DNA of 64,000 nt from an uncultured delta proteobacterium (GCA_963785725.1 CAWAWS010000009.1:76314-140313), one strand, 5' to 3'. Shown: positions 13,053 through 23,551, counted from the stretch's first letter. Translations and numbers: made by a program. Notes: generated by a model not told the origin, from the letters alone.

Positions 13053-14857
13053 CCCGTCGCTGAATCGGTCGCGGTCGCCGGCGCGCACGGCAGCGCGACC
13101 GTGAAGACGGCGCCGGGCGGGCCGGCGACGCGGATGTCGCCGCCGTGGTCGCGCACGATGCGGTGGACGATGGCGAGGCCGAGGCCGGTGCCTTTGGTTT
13201 TCGTCGTGAAATAGGGTGTGAACAGCTTGGCGCGGGCTTCGTCGCTGAGGCCGGGGCCGTCGTCGGCGACCTCGAGCTCGATGCGACCGTCGACGGCGCG
13301 GGTGCGCACGCGGATGCGCCCGACGACCTCGGCACGACTGTCGGATTCGGCGCGACCGTCGCCGTCGCTGCGATTGTCGGACGGGGCGCGGTCGGCGGAC
13401 TGGGCGCGACTGTCGGCTTCGGCCCGAGCGGCAGCGAGCGCGTCGCGGGCGTTTTCCACGAGGTTGATGACGACCTGCGTGAGCTGCTCTTTGTCGGCGA
13501 GCGCGAGCGGCAAATCCGCCGCCAAGTCGAGATCGAGCGGTGTCTCGCCGCCCTTGTAGAGCGCCAGCGCGTTGTCGACAATCTCGCTGACGTCGACGGC
13601 CGCCAAGGTCGGCTGCGGCATGCGCGCGAACGACGAAAACTCCGCCACGATCCGCTTGAGCCGCCCCACTTCGTCGAGGATGGTCTGCGCCGACTCGCCG
13701 AACAGCGCGTCGAACTGCGGCGCCCCTTTGCGATGGGCGCGCTGCAGCGTCTCGATCGCCATCTGGATCGGCGTCAGCGGATTCTTGATTTCATGCGCGA
13801 TGCGCTGCGCGATGTCGCGCCACGCGGCCACGCGTTCGGCGCGCACCAGCTCCTCGCGCGCGCCGGCCAAATCGCGCGTCATGTCGTTGAAGGTGGCGGC
13901 GAGCTCGCCCACCTCGTCGCGCGTGCGCACCGGGACCGACGCGTCGAGGCGGCCGCGCGCGACGTCGCGCGCACCGGCCGACAGCTCGCGCAGCGGCTCG
14001 GCGATGCGCCGCGCCACGAAGGCGCCACCGAGCAGCGCCAAGAACGCGCCGGCGACGGCGAGCGCGGCCGCGGCCCAGCCGATGTCGGCGAGCGCGACGG
14101 CCAGCTCGTCGTTCGACACGGCGACCTCGACGCGCGCCACGGTCGTGCCGTCGGGGCCGGCGAGCTCGACCGTGCGCCGCGGCCAGCGTCGCGGCGGTGC
14201 CGGCGCGTGCGCGGCGACGAGCGTGCCGTCGGCCGCGTACAGCCGCGCGGCGGGCCGCAAGCGGTTGACGAAGTCCTCGCCCAAGATGCGCCCACCGACG
14301 ACGACGACGCTGGGCGTCTTGTCGCCGAAGCGGCCGTGCACCGAGCGCGTCGCTTCGAGCGCCAACACGGTGCGGGCGCGACCGCCTTCGAAGATTTCGT
14401 CGCGCACGAGCCGGGCTTGGCCGCGGGCGCGACGGGCCGCGGCGAGCGCGTCGGGGTCGCTGTCGCCGACGCGCCCTTCGAAGTGCCCAGCCGCCAAGAC
14501 TTCGCCGCGATCGTCGACAACTTCGAGCACATCGAGGCCGAGGCCGTGCATCGCCGCCGCGGCACGCGCCTTGACCGCGCGCGCCGCGTCGTCGTCGAGC
14601 GGACCGCGCGCCAGCTCGAGCAGCACGGGCTCGATGAGCCAATCGTCGGGACGGGCGAGCCGCTCGGTCGCGCGCTCGACGTCATCGGCCAGCCGCTGAT
14701 ACTCGGCGCGCACCTGCTCGGCGGCGTCGTCGAGCGAGGCGCGATATTCGCCGCGATAGCGGTCGGCCACGACGACGCGCGCCACCGCCGCCACCGATAC
14801 GATCGGCAACAGCGCCACGGCGGCAAACGCCACGGTCAGCTTGGTCTGAAGGCGCAC
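13049..14857 (-). CDS. NtrY-like HAMP sensor histidine kinase
   Basis: Likely GTG start at 14857 (RLQTKL); H-box AHEIKNPLTPI, N-box NLVENARDA, DDGPG, FTPYFTTK, GTGLGL. Confidence 0.92.
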   Translation of the reverse strand: MRLQTKLTVAFAAVALLPIVSVAAVARVVVADRYRGEYRASLDDAAEQVRAEYQRLADDVERATERLARPDDWLIEPVLLELARGPLDDDAARAVKARAAAAMHGLGLDVLEVVDDRGEVLAAGHFEGRVGDSDPDALAAARRARGQARLVRDEIFEGGRARTVLALEATRSVHGRFGDKTPSVVVVGGRILGEDFVNRLRPAARLYAADGTLVAAHAPAPPRRWPRRTVELAGPDGTTVARVEVAVSNDELAVALADIGWAAAALAVAGAFLALLGGAFVARRIAEPLRELSAGARDVARGRLDASVPVRTRDEVGELAATFNDMTRDLAGAREELVRAERVAAWRDIAQRIAHEIKNPLTPIQMAIETLQRAHRKGAPQFDALFGESAQTILDEVGRLKRIVAEFSSFARMPQPTLAAVDVSEIVDNALALYKGGETPLDLDLAADLPLALADKEQLTQVVINLVENARDALAAARAEADSRAQSADRAPSDNRSDGDGRAESDSRAEVVGRIRVRTRAVDGRIELEVADDGPGLSDEARAKLFTPYFTTKTKGTGLGLAIVHRIVRDHGGDIRVAGPPGAVFTVALPCAPATATDSATG

Positions 14858-14940
14858 GCCGCATCGTACTACGCGCGCGGGCGCCGCATCTTCCGCAAGG
14901 GAGCGGAGCGCAGGCAACTTTTCCGGCGCGTGGCCGATAA

Positions 14941-15714
14941 TCAGAAGCTGAACGACAACGTCGACTTCAGCTCCGAATCGACCGGCCGAATACCGACCGG
15001 CGGCTGCGTATCGAGCGTCAACGTCAAGCTGAAGCGCACCGCGACATGCTTCGTGACCGTCAGCGACAACGACGAATCCGACAGCATGCGCACGTCGTGA
15101 AAGTCGTCGAAGCGCGGCTGCGCATAAATCGTGTGCGCCACCATGATCTTGCCCTGCGACACCGCGATCACGGCATACGTCGACAGCCGATGCGCCAGCG
15201 ACTGCGCCCGCGAATCGGGAAACAGCCCAGCCGACAGCCGCTCGTAGTCGGGCATGTAGGCGCCCGCCACCGCCAGCGTCACGTGCTTGCCCTCGACCAG
15301 CCGCAGCCGCGCGCCGACTCCCGCCACCGCGCGCACCGCCAGGCGACGAAACGCGTCGGCGTCGTGCTGCACGAAGGCCTCGAAGTCGATGGCCCGCGAC
15401 AGCCGATAGCGATAGCGCGCGTGCTCCAGATCCTTCGAGACCAGCTCGTTCGTGCCCTGCAATCCGTATTCGCCGTGGACGTCGATGAACACGAGATGGC
15501 GCCGCTTGCGATACTGCACGATGCCGTTGCCGGTGAGCATGAGGATGTTGGTGTTGCCGCTGCGCCAATCGGCGGCCCCTTCGAGCGCGCCCGAGAAGCC
15601 GTCGCGGCTCTGCTTGTCGAGGAGCGGCTGCACGTTGAAGATCTGCGCCTCGGCGAGCGACGAGAAGACGAGCGGCCCAGCGACGACGATGAGGACGACG
15701 ACGGCGCGGCTCAC
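14941..15714 (-). CDS. DUF481-like outer-membrane beta-barrel protein
   Basis: GTG overlaps the upstream TGA; signal peptide; 'WRSGNTN'; alternating beta strands; terminal Phe (LSFSF). Confidence 0.7.
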   Translation of the reverse strand: MSRAVVVLIVVAGPLVFSSLAEAQIFNVQPLLDKQSRDGFSGALEGAADWRSGNTNILMLTGNGIVQYRKRRHLVFIDVHGEYGLQGTNELVSKDLEHARYRYRLSRAIDFEAFVQHDADAFRRLAVRAVAGVGARLRLVEGKHVTLAVAGAYMPDYERLSAGLFPDSRAQSLAHRLSTYAVIAVSQGKIMVAHTIYAQPRFDDFHDVRMLSDSSLSLTVTKHVAVRFSLTLTLDTQPPVGIRPVDSELKSTLSFSF

Positions 15715-17180
15715 CGCGCCAGCCAGTGCACGTCGGCCCAATCGACGCGACCGGCGCCATCGACGCGCAGGTCGCGCAATTCCGGCGCCGCTTGCACGCG
15801 GGCGGCGCGGTGGAACAGCGGCACGACGCGGGTCGCCTCGAGGTCGACGGCCGTGCCATGCGCCAACGCGGCGCGCGCCGCCGCCGGATCGACCGCAGCC
15901 ACGAGCGCCAACGCCGCCAGCGTGCCGTCGGGCGCCGGCGGCACGGCGGCGCCGAGGACCAGCTCGTAGCGGCCGCCGTCGACGCGCGCGCGATAGGTCG
16001 CGGCGTCGGAGGCGTCGATGCTGACGTCGATGCCGGCGCGCGCGAGGTCGGCCAAGATACGCTCGGCGACGTCGCGATCGTCGAAGCGCGAGGCGTCGAC
16101 GAGCAGGCTGAGCTTGGGGCGCGCGCCCGGCCAGCGGCGCTCGACTTCGCTGCGCGCGCGCGCCGGGTCGTACGCGGCCCGCTCGGTCGCGCCACCGAGC
16201 GCCGGCGGCACGGCGCCCGACGCCACCTGCGCCGGCTCGCGAACCGTCAGTCGCCGTAAGCGTTCGCGGTTGAGCGCCAGCGCCAAGATGCGCCGCACGA
16301 GCGCGAAGTCGGGGATGTGACCGACGGCGATGAAGCCGGTGATCGTCTGCGGCCCATCGACGGCGACCGCGGCGTGATGCGCGCTCGCCTGATCGATCGC
16401 CGCCGCGGCCAGGTGACGCATGGCCTGCGACGAGCCCACCTCGAAGCTGCCGGCTTCGTCGCCGCGCGTCGGCCAGGCGCGCAGCACGAGCGACGCGAGA
16501 TAAGGCCGGCCGCTGCTGCAGCTCGCGCTCGCGGCCAGTCGCACGCTTTGGCCATCGAACGCCTCGACCACGAACGGGCCCGAGCCGATGGGTCGCTTCG
16601 CCGAGACCATGCCATTGGGCGTAATCATGGCCGCGGGCGTCGACAAGAGGAGGGCCAGCTCGGGCGTCGGCCGCGTCAGCTCGAGCTCGATGGTCTCGTC
16701 CCCGGCGACGCGGGCGGCGCGGATGGGCCCGAGCGACCAGCCGGCCGGGTCGCGCAGCGCGCGCGTCAAGGAGGCGGCGACGTCGCGCGCGGTCAGGGCG
16801 CTGCCGTCGGAGAAGCGCAGCTCCGGCCGCACGGTGAGACGCGCGCGCAGGCTGCCGGCCGGGTTGTCGAGCGCCAGCGCCAGCGACGGTTTCGGCTTGC
16901 CGGCGGCATCGATCGTGAACGGCGTGTCGTAGACGAGCGCGGCCACCTCGGCGTCGCCGGGACCGCCGCGCAGCGGATCGAACGTCGTCGGCGCCGACGC
17001 CAGCGCCGCCTGCACGGTGCCGCCGTAGAGCGCACGCGTCTCGGCGACGGCCGGCACCGGCGACGCCAGCGCCGCGAGCAGCGCCAACGCCGCGCCGGGC
17101 GCCCACGCGCGCCACGGCCACGGCGCCGCGGCTGCCGACACCTTCCGTCGCGCGAGCGCCGGCGTCAGTTGACGATCCAT
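15711..17180 (-). CDS. Family-5 (peptide/nickel-type) solute-binding protein
   Basis: YGGTV, TFDP, PSLALA, RFSDGSALTARDV, PIGSGPF; true start may be slightly downstream. Confidence 0.8.
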   Translation of the reverse strand: MDRQLTPALARRKVSAAAAPWPWRAWAPGAALALLAALASPVPAVAETRALYGGTVQAALASAPTTFDPLRGGPGDAEVAALVYDTPFTIDAAGKPKPSLALALDNPAGSLRARLTVRPELRFSDGSALTARDVAASLTRALRDPAGWSLGPIRAARVAGDETIELELTRPTPELALLLSTPAAMITPNGMVSAKRPIGSGPFVVEAFDGQSVRLAASASCSSGRPYLASLVLRAWPTRGDEAGSFEVGSSQAMRHLAAAAIDQASAHHAAVAVDGPQTITGFIAVGHIPDFALVRRILALALNRERLRRLTVREPAQVASGAVPPALGGATERAAYDPARARSEVERRWPGARPKLSLLVDASRFDDRDVAERILADLARAGIDVSIDASDAATYRARVDGGRYELVLGAAVPPAPDGTLAALALVAAVDPAAARAALAHGTAVDLEATRVVPLFHRAARVQAAPELRDLRVDGAGRVDWADVHWLAR

Positions 17181-18484
17181 AGCTCCGTCTTACCCGCGGC
17201 GCGGTCGCGCACGGCGGCGATGAGCTCGGCGCGACCGTCGCCGTCGATGTCGCCGGCGGCGAGCGCGCGCACCCCGCCCGGCAGCCGATCGACGCGATGA
17301 ACGACCGGCAGCCCGGCCGTCAGCGCGCGAATGACGATGGCATCGGCCTCGCCCGGCTGCACCGGCTCCGTCGTCACCAACATTTCGCCGCGATCGAGCA
17401 GCGCCAGCGCCAGCTGCGCGCCGACGCCGTGCACGGTCAACGGCGCCACCGGCAACGACGCCGGCGACGGCGAGGCCACGGGCGCCGCCAGCTGCACCGA
17501 CAACGTGCCGGCGGCGTCGATGACGGCGCGCGCGGCGTGCCCGCTGCCGCGTGAGCCGGCGACGCTCCAGAAGCGCTCGGGCAGGCCGGCGGCGCCGGCG
17601 CCGGGCGCACACGCGGTCGCGGCGAACCAGTCGACGCCGGCCACCAGCTCGCAGCGCGCGCCGATGCCCGGGAAGGCGAAGCCATGCGCGACGGTCTGCT
17701 GCTCGCCGGCGCGGCGCACGCCGTCGGCGAACGGCGACGCGTGGGCGACGATGACGCCATCCTCGACGACGACGGTGGCGACGTCGGCGCGCGGGCGCTG
17801 CGCGGCCGGTCGCGCGCCGATGGCGAAGCGGCGCCGTTCGGCGAGCTTGGCGCCGTCCCACGCCCAGACGACGACTTCGGCGGCAGTGGCGCCGACGACC
17901 TCGGCGCGACCATCGCCGTCGACGTCGCCGACATCGAGCGCCAGCACGTCGACGTCGCCGACCGGGATGCCGCGGGCTTGCCAGCGGCCGGGCGGCGCGG
18001 CGATCGCCGGCAGATAGGCGCGCAACTCGGCATCGAGCGGCGTCTCGACGTACACGTGCGAGCGCGTCTCGGCCGGCGGCGTCCACGGCGAGCCCGACAA
18101 GGCGACGAGCGCGCCCGTGCCGCGCAGGCGGCCGCCGGCGACGTCGAGGTCGAGCCGCACCAGCCGCTCGAAGCCGGCGGCGCGCGCCCAGGCTTCGTCG
18201 CCGGCGCCACGCGCGACCGAGCGCACGCCGGCCGAGCGCAGCCGCGCGACCAGCAGCGCCGCCAAGTCGTCGCCGAGGCGCGGCCAGGCGCCGCCGATGA
18301 CGACCGCGACGTCGAGATCGGCCGCGCCGCCGAGCTGCGGACGCAAGAGGTCGACGATGGCGTCGGCGAAGGTGTCGAGCGAGCCGCGCGTCACCGAGGC
18401 CGGGCGCGGCGCCGCGCCTGACGTCGACGGCGGCGAGCCGACGGCGAGCGCGACCAGCGTCAGCGGCAGGAGTCGGCGTAGCAC
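17165..18484 (-). CDS. Secreted FG-GAP/VCBS-repeat protein
   Basis: Signal peptide; GDVDGDGRAE and GDIDGDGRAE repeats; TATGAT 6 nt before GTG. Confidence 0.75.
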   Translation of the reverse strand: MLRRLLPLTLVALAVGSPPSTSGAAPRPASVTRGSLDTFADAIVDLLRPQLGGAADLDVAVVIGGAWPRLGDDLAALLVARLRSAGVRSVARGAGDEAWARAAGFERLVRLDLDVAGGRLRGTGALVALSGSPWTPPAETRSHVYVETPLDAELRAYLPAIAAPPGRWQARGIPVGDVDVLALDVGDVDGDGRAEVVGATAAEVVVWAWDGAKLAERRRFAIGARPAAQRPRADVATVVVEDGVIVAHASPFADGVRRAGEQQTVAHGFAFPGIGARCELVAGVDWFAATACAPGAGAAGLPERFWSVAGSRGSGHAARAVIDAAGTLSVQLAAPVASPSPASLPVAPLTVHGVGAQLALALLDRGEMLVTTEPVQPGEADAIVIRALTAGLPVVHRVDRLPGGVRALAAGDIDGDGRAELIAAVRDRAAGKTELWIVN

Positions 18485-18686
18485 CGCCGCATCATACGCA
18501 GAATCGCCCGCCGATCACGCGCACCCGGCCGCAAAATTCTCACCCGCGCGCGCAAATTCATCAGCACCGCCGGCCACGCGACGTCGACTTGGCGTCACCG
18601 ATGCGCGTTCGCTCGCGGCCGTGACTGATGCGGGTGCGATCGCGGCTGGCGACGTCGGCTCATGCGGCCGCCGGGCGTCGCGGCGG

Positions 18687-19109
18687 TCAGGCGGTGACGT
18701 CGCGGCGGGGCAAGAGGCTGCGCATGACCGCGCGCGCCTGTCGCAGCGGCCAAAAAGCCATGTGAACCGCCATGCCGACGATCTTGCGCGCGTCGTCGAG
18801 CAGGTAGCGCGGCGGCTCCTCGTGCGACGTCGTCGACACCTGGCGCCGCGGCTCGTCGACCTCCGGCAAGGGCGCGCTCTTGGCCCGCGGCACGGCCTTG
18901 CGCAGCCCGCGCGGCGGCTCGGCGACATGCTGCTCGGGCGGCGCATGGCCCATCAGGTTGTCGCGCCCCGCTCGCTCTGCGAACCGCGCCGCCTGCCGAG
19001 CCAGCGCTTGCTTGCTGCGGGCCGCCTTGACGTCCTCGCCTCGATTGTCCTCGCGCTGACGAACCCTCGCTGGAACTTGATGACCATTGCCGCGCTTGCT
19101 CATGGTCAT
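18687..19109 (-). CDS. Hypothetical basic protein
   Basis: Only plausible ORF filling the gap; start inferred at MTMSKRGN. Confidence 0.45.
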   Translation of the reverse strand: MTMSKRGNGHQVPARVRQREDNRGEDVKAARSKQALARQAARFAERAGRDNLMGHAPPEQHVAEPPRGLRKAVPRAKSAPLPEVDEPRRQVSTTSHEEPPRYLLDDARKIVGMAVHMAFWPLRQARAVMRSLLPRRDVTA

Positions 19110-19155
19110 GATCGAAGCAAGCTTCGTACCGCAACGGTAAAGGTATACTCGTTCA

Positions 19156-19599
19156 GTGTCTCGCCGGCCGCTGCACCCGACGCTGGTGCATTTTCCCTTC
19201 CTGCTGTGGGGCATGAGCTTCGTGTTCGACGTCGTGTCGTTGTGGCGTGGGCCGACGATGGTGGAGGCGGCGCTGTTCAACCTCATCGCCGGCTTGGCCG
19301 CGGCCGTGGCGGCGGCTGTCACCGGCTTGTGGGACTACCTCAACCAGCTGCAGCCGCGATCGCCGGCCCGCCGCACCGCGCGCTGGCACGCGCTGACGAA
19401 CGGCTGCGCGACGGTGCTCTTCGTCGCCAGCTTGCTGACGCGCTGGTCGACGCGCGGCGCGACGACGGCGACGCCCGAAGTTCCGTTCGTGCTCTCGGGT
19501 CTGGGTTTAGCGCTCTTGGGTGTCGGGATGTATCTCGGCGGCGTCGTGGCCTATCAGCGCAACCTCACCAAGCCCCCGCAATCTCCAGACGCGCATTGA
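19156..19599 (+). CDS. DUF2231 membrane protein
   Basis: LHPTLVHFP, TGLWDY, WHALTN, YLGGVVAY; four TM segments. Confidence 0.85.
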   Translation: MSRRPLHPTLVHFPFLLWGMSFVFDVVSLWRGPTMVEAALFNLIAGLAAAVAAAVTGLWDYLNQLQPRSPARRTARWHALTNGCATVLFVASLLTRWSTRGATTATPEVPFVLSGLGLALLGVGMYLGGVVAYQRNLTKPPQSPDAH

Positions 19600-20122
19600 C
19601 GACGCTGTCGACGACGCGCGGCTGCGCGTGGCCGATGCGCGCGAGGAAGACGGCGCAGGCTTCGGCGACGATGACACCCAGCTCGCGCGGCGGATCGGCC
19701 CACTCCTCGACGGCGAGCTTGGCTCGATGCGGCGCGCGCTCGACGACGACCAGCTTGCCCGTGTCGAAGCTCAGCGTAAACAAATCGGCCGAGCGATCGA
19801 GCAGCTGCTCCGGCGTCGCCGCCTGCAGAAATGTCAGCCACACCGTCGAGATAGCGGCGGCCATCGTCGCGCGCGTCATCTCGCGCAAGAGCCGATAGGT
19901 CGGCGGATCGCCGAAGCGCCGCTCGAACGCCGCCAGCACCTCCAGCCACGCCGGCAGCGGAATCCAGCCGTCCTCGAGCTTGGGCTGCGTCAAAAACGAG
20001 TGCGCCGGCAGCTCGCGGGCCACTTGCGCGAACGCTGCCGGGCCTTCCCGCTCGCGCAGATAACGCAGCGACGAGCGCACGAGCCGCGCCGAGATCGACG
20101 GCGACTTGCCCACCGCCGTCAT
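19565..20122 (-). CDS. Myxobacterial TIGR02265/DUF2378-like hypothetical protein
   Basis: ATG at 20122 overlaps the aminopeptidase stop (ATGA); 'LRYLREREG..GWIPLPAW..ATPEQLLDRS..FDTGKL'. Confidence 0.55.
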   Translation of the reverse strand: MTAVGKSPSISARLVRSSLRYLREREGPAAFAQVARELPAHSFLTQPKLEDGWIPLPAWLEVLAAFERRFGDPPTYRLLREMTRATMAAAISTVWLTFLQAATPEQLLDRSADLFTLSFDTGKLVVVERAPHRAKLAVEEWADPPRELGVIVAEACAVFLARIGHAQPRVVDSVVNARLEIAGAW

Positions 20123-22659
20123 TGGCGCGCCTCCAGCTTGAGCAGCCGCTCCTTGAGCTCGCGGTTCTCGTCCTGCAGCTTCTCCACCGAGTCGCGCAGC
20201 GTGCGCACCTGCGAATCCTTGGTCGCGCCTTCGGACAAGAGGCGCGCCACCTCGCGCGCCCGTCGCCGCACGCGCCCATCGAGATCCTTGCCTTCGGCGC
20301 GTTTCAGCGCGCCCACGGCGCCGCTGTCGCCGAGCCCGTTGAGCGCCTCGACGGCGGCGATGCGCACGCGGAAGTCGGGATCGTCGAGCAGCTCGCTCAA
20401 CGTCTCGCGCGCCCGCCGCTGCTGCGCCGGAAACTCGGCGCCGAGCGCGCCCAAGAGGCTGATGGCCGCCCGCCGTCCGGTGACCGGCTCGCCGTATTTG
20501 CAGGCGGCGATGGCGATCTCGACGCCGCGCTCGTCGCGCAATTCGGCCATGCCCGCGAGGCACATCGAGCGAATGACGTCGAGATACGACGGCCGCGACA
20601 TCGCCTCTTGCAGCGCGTCGAACGCGCGCGGCGAGCGCGTCTTGGCCAGCGACATCGCGCCTTCGGCCTCGACGAAGTAGCTCGGATCGCCCTCCAGCGT
20701 CGAGGCCACGGCGTCCGCCGCCTTCTCGTCGTGACGAAAGCTGCCCAGCGCCTTGACCAAGTGGCGCCGCGCCTTGGGATGCTTCTCGTGCGGCAGCGCG
20801 TTCAGGATGAGATCGCGCGCCGCCGCCGTCTTGATCGCGCCCAGCGCCACCGCCGCCTCGCCGCGCACGATCCAGCTCTGCTCGTCGAGCGCCAGCGTCA
20901 AGGCCGCGATCGCCGTCGGCGCGCCCGCCTTGCCGAGCGCTCGCGCCGCGCGCACGCGATCGACCGCGCGCAGCGCGTTCGCCAGCTGCGCCGTCCACAG
21001 CTCCTCGCCCTTCTTCTCGTCGATCGACTTCAAGATATTGTTGCCGGGATCGACGACCACGAACGTCGGCTTGTGTTTCAGCGGCAGCACGAACGTCTCC
21101 TGCGCCGCCGAGATCCGCAGCGTCACCCGCTGCGTCTCGCCGGCCTCGCCGCCGAAGTCGATGGGCAGCGGAAAGTCGAAGAGCGGCGTCTCGCCTTCCA
21201 CTTTTTGCGTCTGCGCGATCGCCAGCCGCGCCTGTTTATGCTCGTCGTCCCACGAATATTCGACCTTCAGCTCGGGAAAGCCGGCCTTGAAGACCCACTG
21301 CTCGAAGAAGCGGTCGGCGTTCCAGCCGGTGGCTTCGTCGACGGCGCGCGCCAGATCGCGCGTCTCGACCGACTTGCCGGCGTGCTTGGCGACGTAGTGA
21401 CGAATCGCCTTCCAGAACCGCTCTTCGCCCAACTCCGTGCGCAGCATGTGCAAGACGCACGCGCCCTTCTCGTACAGGTGGCGATCGAAGACGTCGATGG
21501 GCTCGTGATAGACGTTGGTGACGATCGGACGGCGATAGCGATGCGCGTCCTCGTCTTGATAGGCCTCGATGTCGGCCAGACGATCGTAGTCGGCCTCGTC
21601 GCGACCGGCGTCGTGCTCTTTCCACACCAGCTCCAAATATGTGGCGAAGCCTTCGTTGAGCCAGCCCTGCGACCAATCGCGACAGGTCAAGAGATCGCCG
21701 AACCATTGATGCGCCAGCTCGTGCGAGATCAGCGGCTCCGACGAGAAATCGAGGTGCGCGCGGGCGTCGTGCAGCGTGCGATCGGTGAGCGTGGTGGCGC
21801 TCGTGTTCTCCATGCCGCCGAAGATGAACTCCGCCACCGTGATCTGCGAATAGCGCGGCCACGGATATTTGCGGCCGGTCTTCTCCTCGAAGAGCGCGAT
21901 CATGCGGGCCGTGTTGCCGAAGCTGCGCGGCGCGTCCTCTTCCGAGCCCGGCGTCACGAAATAGTGCAGCTCGGTCGCGTTGGCCTGCTCGCGAATGTGC
22001 GTGTATTCGCCGGCCACGAGCGTCACCAGATAGGACGAATGCGGCTCCGCTTGGCGATAGTGAAACGTCCGCAGCTCGCCTTTGGTCTCGTCGCTGAGCA
22101 AGTTGCCGTTCGACAGCACCGTCATCTTGGCCGGCACCGTCGCGATCACTTCCGAGGTCGCCTTCATCGTCGGATGATCGAAGCAGGGGAACCAGGCGCG
22201 ATTGTCCTCGTCCTGGCCTTGCGACCACGCTTGCACGGGCCGCGTCGGATAGCCGGCGTCGGGGCGAATGAAGTAGAGGCCGCGCCGCGGCGTGCAGCGA
22301 TAGCGAATGGTGACGTCGACGGTCTCGCCCGCCGTGCGCGCGCCGAGCTCGAAGCGGAGCTGCTGACCGTCGTAGACGTACGGCAGCGCCGCGCCCGGCA
22401 GCTCGACAGCGGAGAGCTCCATCTCGACGGCGTCGAGCGTGACGCGCGCCGGGCCGTCGTTGATGGCGGCCAGCGTCAGCGTGCACACGCCGTCGACGCT
22501 GCCGGCGGCGAAGTCGAGCGCGACCTGGATGCGCAAGTGGCGCACGTCGACGTCGCGCGCGGGCGTGAACGTGGCGCGCGAGCCGGGCAGCGCGAACGGC
22601 AGCGCGTCGCCGCGCGAGACTCCTTGGGCACAGCGACACTGGTGCGATCGGGATGTCAT
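20119..22659 (-). CDS. M1-family aminopeptidase with HEAT repeats and C-terminal coiled coil
   Basis: WFPCFDHP, GGMEN, HELAHQWFG...WLNEGFA, YEKG. Confidence 0.95.
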   Translation of the reverse strand: MTSRSHQCRCAQGVSRGDALPFALPGSRATFTPARDVDVRHLRIQVALDFAAGSVDGVCTLTLAAINDGPARVTLDAVEMELSAVELPGAALPYVYDGQQLRFELGARTAGETVDVTIRYRCTPRRGLYFIRPDAGYPTRPVQAWSQGQDEDNRAWFPCFDHPTMKATSEVIATVPAKMTVLSNGNLLSDETKGELRTFHYRQAEPHSSYLVTLVAGEYTHIREQANATELHYFVTPGSEEDAPRSFGNTARMIALFEEKTGRKYPWPRYSQITVAEFIFGGMENTSATTLTDRTLHDARAHLDFSSEPLISHELAHQWFGDLLTCRDWSQGWLNEGFATYLELVWKEHDAGRDEADYDRLADIEAYQDEDAHRYRRPIVTNVYHEPIDVFDRHLYEKGACVLHMLRTELGEERFWKAIRHYVAKHAGKSVETRDLARAVDEATGWNADRFFEQWVFKAGFPELKVEYSWDDEHKQARLAIAQTQKVEGETPLFDFPLPIDFGGEAGETQRVTLRISAAQETFVLPLKHKPTFVVVDPGNNILKSIDEKKGEELWTAQLANALRAVDRVRAARALGKAGAPTAIAALTLALDEQSWIVRGEAAVALGAIKTAAARDLILNALPHEKHPKARRHLVKALGSFRHDEKAADAVASTLEGDPSYFVEAEGAMSLAKTRSPRAFDALQEAMSRPSYLDVIRSMCLAGMAELRDERGVEIAIAACKYGEPVTGRRAAISLLGALGAEFPAQQRRARETLSELLDDPDFRVRIAAVEALNGLGDSGAVGALKRAEGKDLDGRVRRRAREVARLLSEGATKDSQVRTLRDSVEKLQDENRELKERLLKLEARQ

Positions 22660-22738
22660 CCGGCGACGATATCAGGAAATCGACGGCCTGAGCGCGACAA
22701 GCCGCCCCCGTTCATGCCGCTAGCGTCAGTCGACCGCC

Positions 22739-23239
22739 TTAGTCGATTTGCGGCGACGGCACGAGCGAATGCGGCGACAGCGCCCACACGACCGTCGCCG
22801 GCTCGGCCGCCACGTCGATGCTCGTCAGCTGCAGCCGCACGACCGCCGCCTTCGACATCGTCAGCCCGCGTTGGTGCAAGAGCTTCGACAGCGAGTGGCC
22901 GATCGACGGCTCGTGCCCGACCAGCGCCAGCGCGATGTTGCGCTTGAACGCCGGCTCGATCACGTCGCGCACGAGCGCCTTGAAGCTGCCGGCCGGGCGC
23001 AGCGGATCGACGATGTCCAAGCCGCCGGCGTAACCCGTGCCGACGGCGACCAGCGACGCCGTCTCGACCGCGCGCACGAGCGGGCTGGCGACGATGAGCT
23101 GAAACTGCGCGCCCGCCTTGGCGAGCGCGGCGCCGACGTCGAGCGCCTGCCGCCGGCCGTGCGCGGACAGCGGCCGATCCTCGTCACGCAAGGCCGCGCC
23201 GTCGACGGCGTGGGCGTGGCGCATCAAGTAGAGGTCCAT
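22739..23239 (-). CDS. sixA: Phosphohistidine phosphatase SixA
   Basis: MDLYLMRHAHA, DRPLS..G, SPLVRAVETA, LVGHEP. Confidence 0.88.
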   Translation of the reverse strand: MDLYLMRHAHAVDGAALRDEDRPLSAHGRRQALDVGAALAKAGAQFQLIVASPLVRAVETASLVAVGTGYAGGLDIVDPLRPAGSFKALVRDVIEPAFKRNIALALVGHEPSIGHSLSKLLHQRGLTMSKAAVVRLQLTSIDVAAEPATVVWALSPHSLVPSPQID

Positions 23240-23244
23240 CCGGC

Positions 23245-23535
23245 TCAGCCGCGACGAGGCGGACGCAACGTCACCAACGTCGCGCCCCAGCCGCCTTCGT
23301 GCTCGTCGCCGAGCCGAAAGGAGACGACGAGCTCGTGCCGCTGCAACACGGTGTGCACGAGCCGGCGCATCGCGCCCGTGCCTTTGCCATGCACGATGCG
23401 CAGATCGTGGATGGAGCGGCCGGCGCACTCGTCGACGTAGTCGGCGACCAGCTCCTTCACTTCGTGCGGCGCGAACGTGTGCAGATCGAGCACGCCATCA
23501 ATCGGCAGCTCGACCACCTCGTCGGCATGGTTCAT
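23245..23535 (-). CDS. Standalone Smr/MutS2 domain protein
   Basis: LDLHTF, RIVHGKGTG, GGWGATLV. Confidence 0.92.
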   Translation of the reverse strand: MNHADEVVELPIDGVLDLHTFAPHEVKELVADYVDECAGRSIHDLRIVHGKGTGAMRRLVHTVLQRHELVVSFRLGDEHEGGWGATLVTLRPPRRG

Positions 23536-23551
23536 ACGACAAGCGTAGCAC

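Noticed and set aside
13049..16195. 1048-aa ORF as one giant kinase (and similarly 39226..41262, 26389..27858, 49544..51502)
   Set aside because: The extensions are shadow frames over neighbouring genes or chimeras produced by frameshifts; real starts were identified internally.
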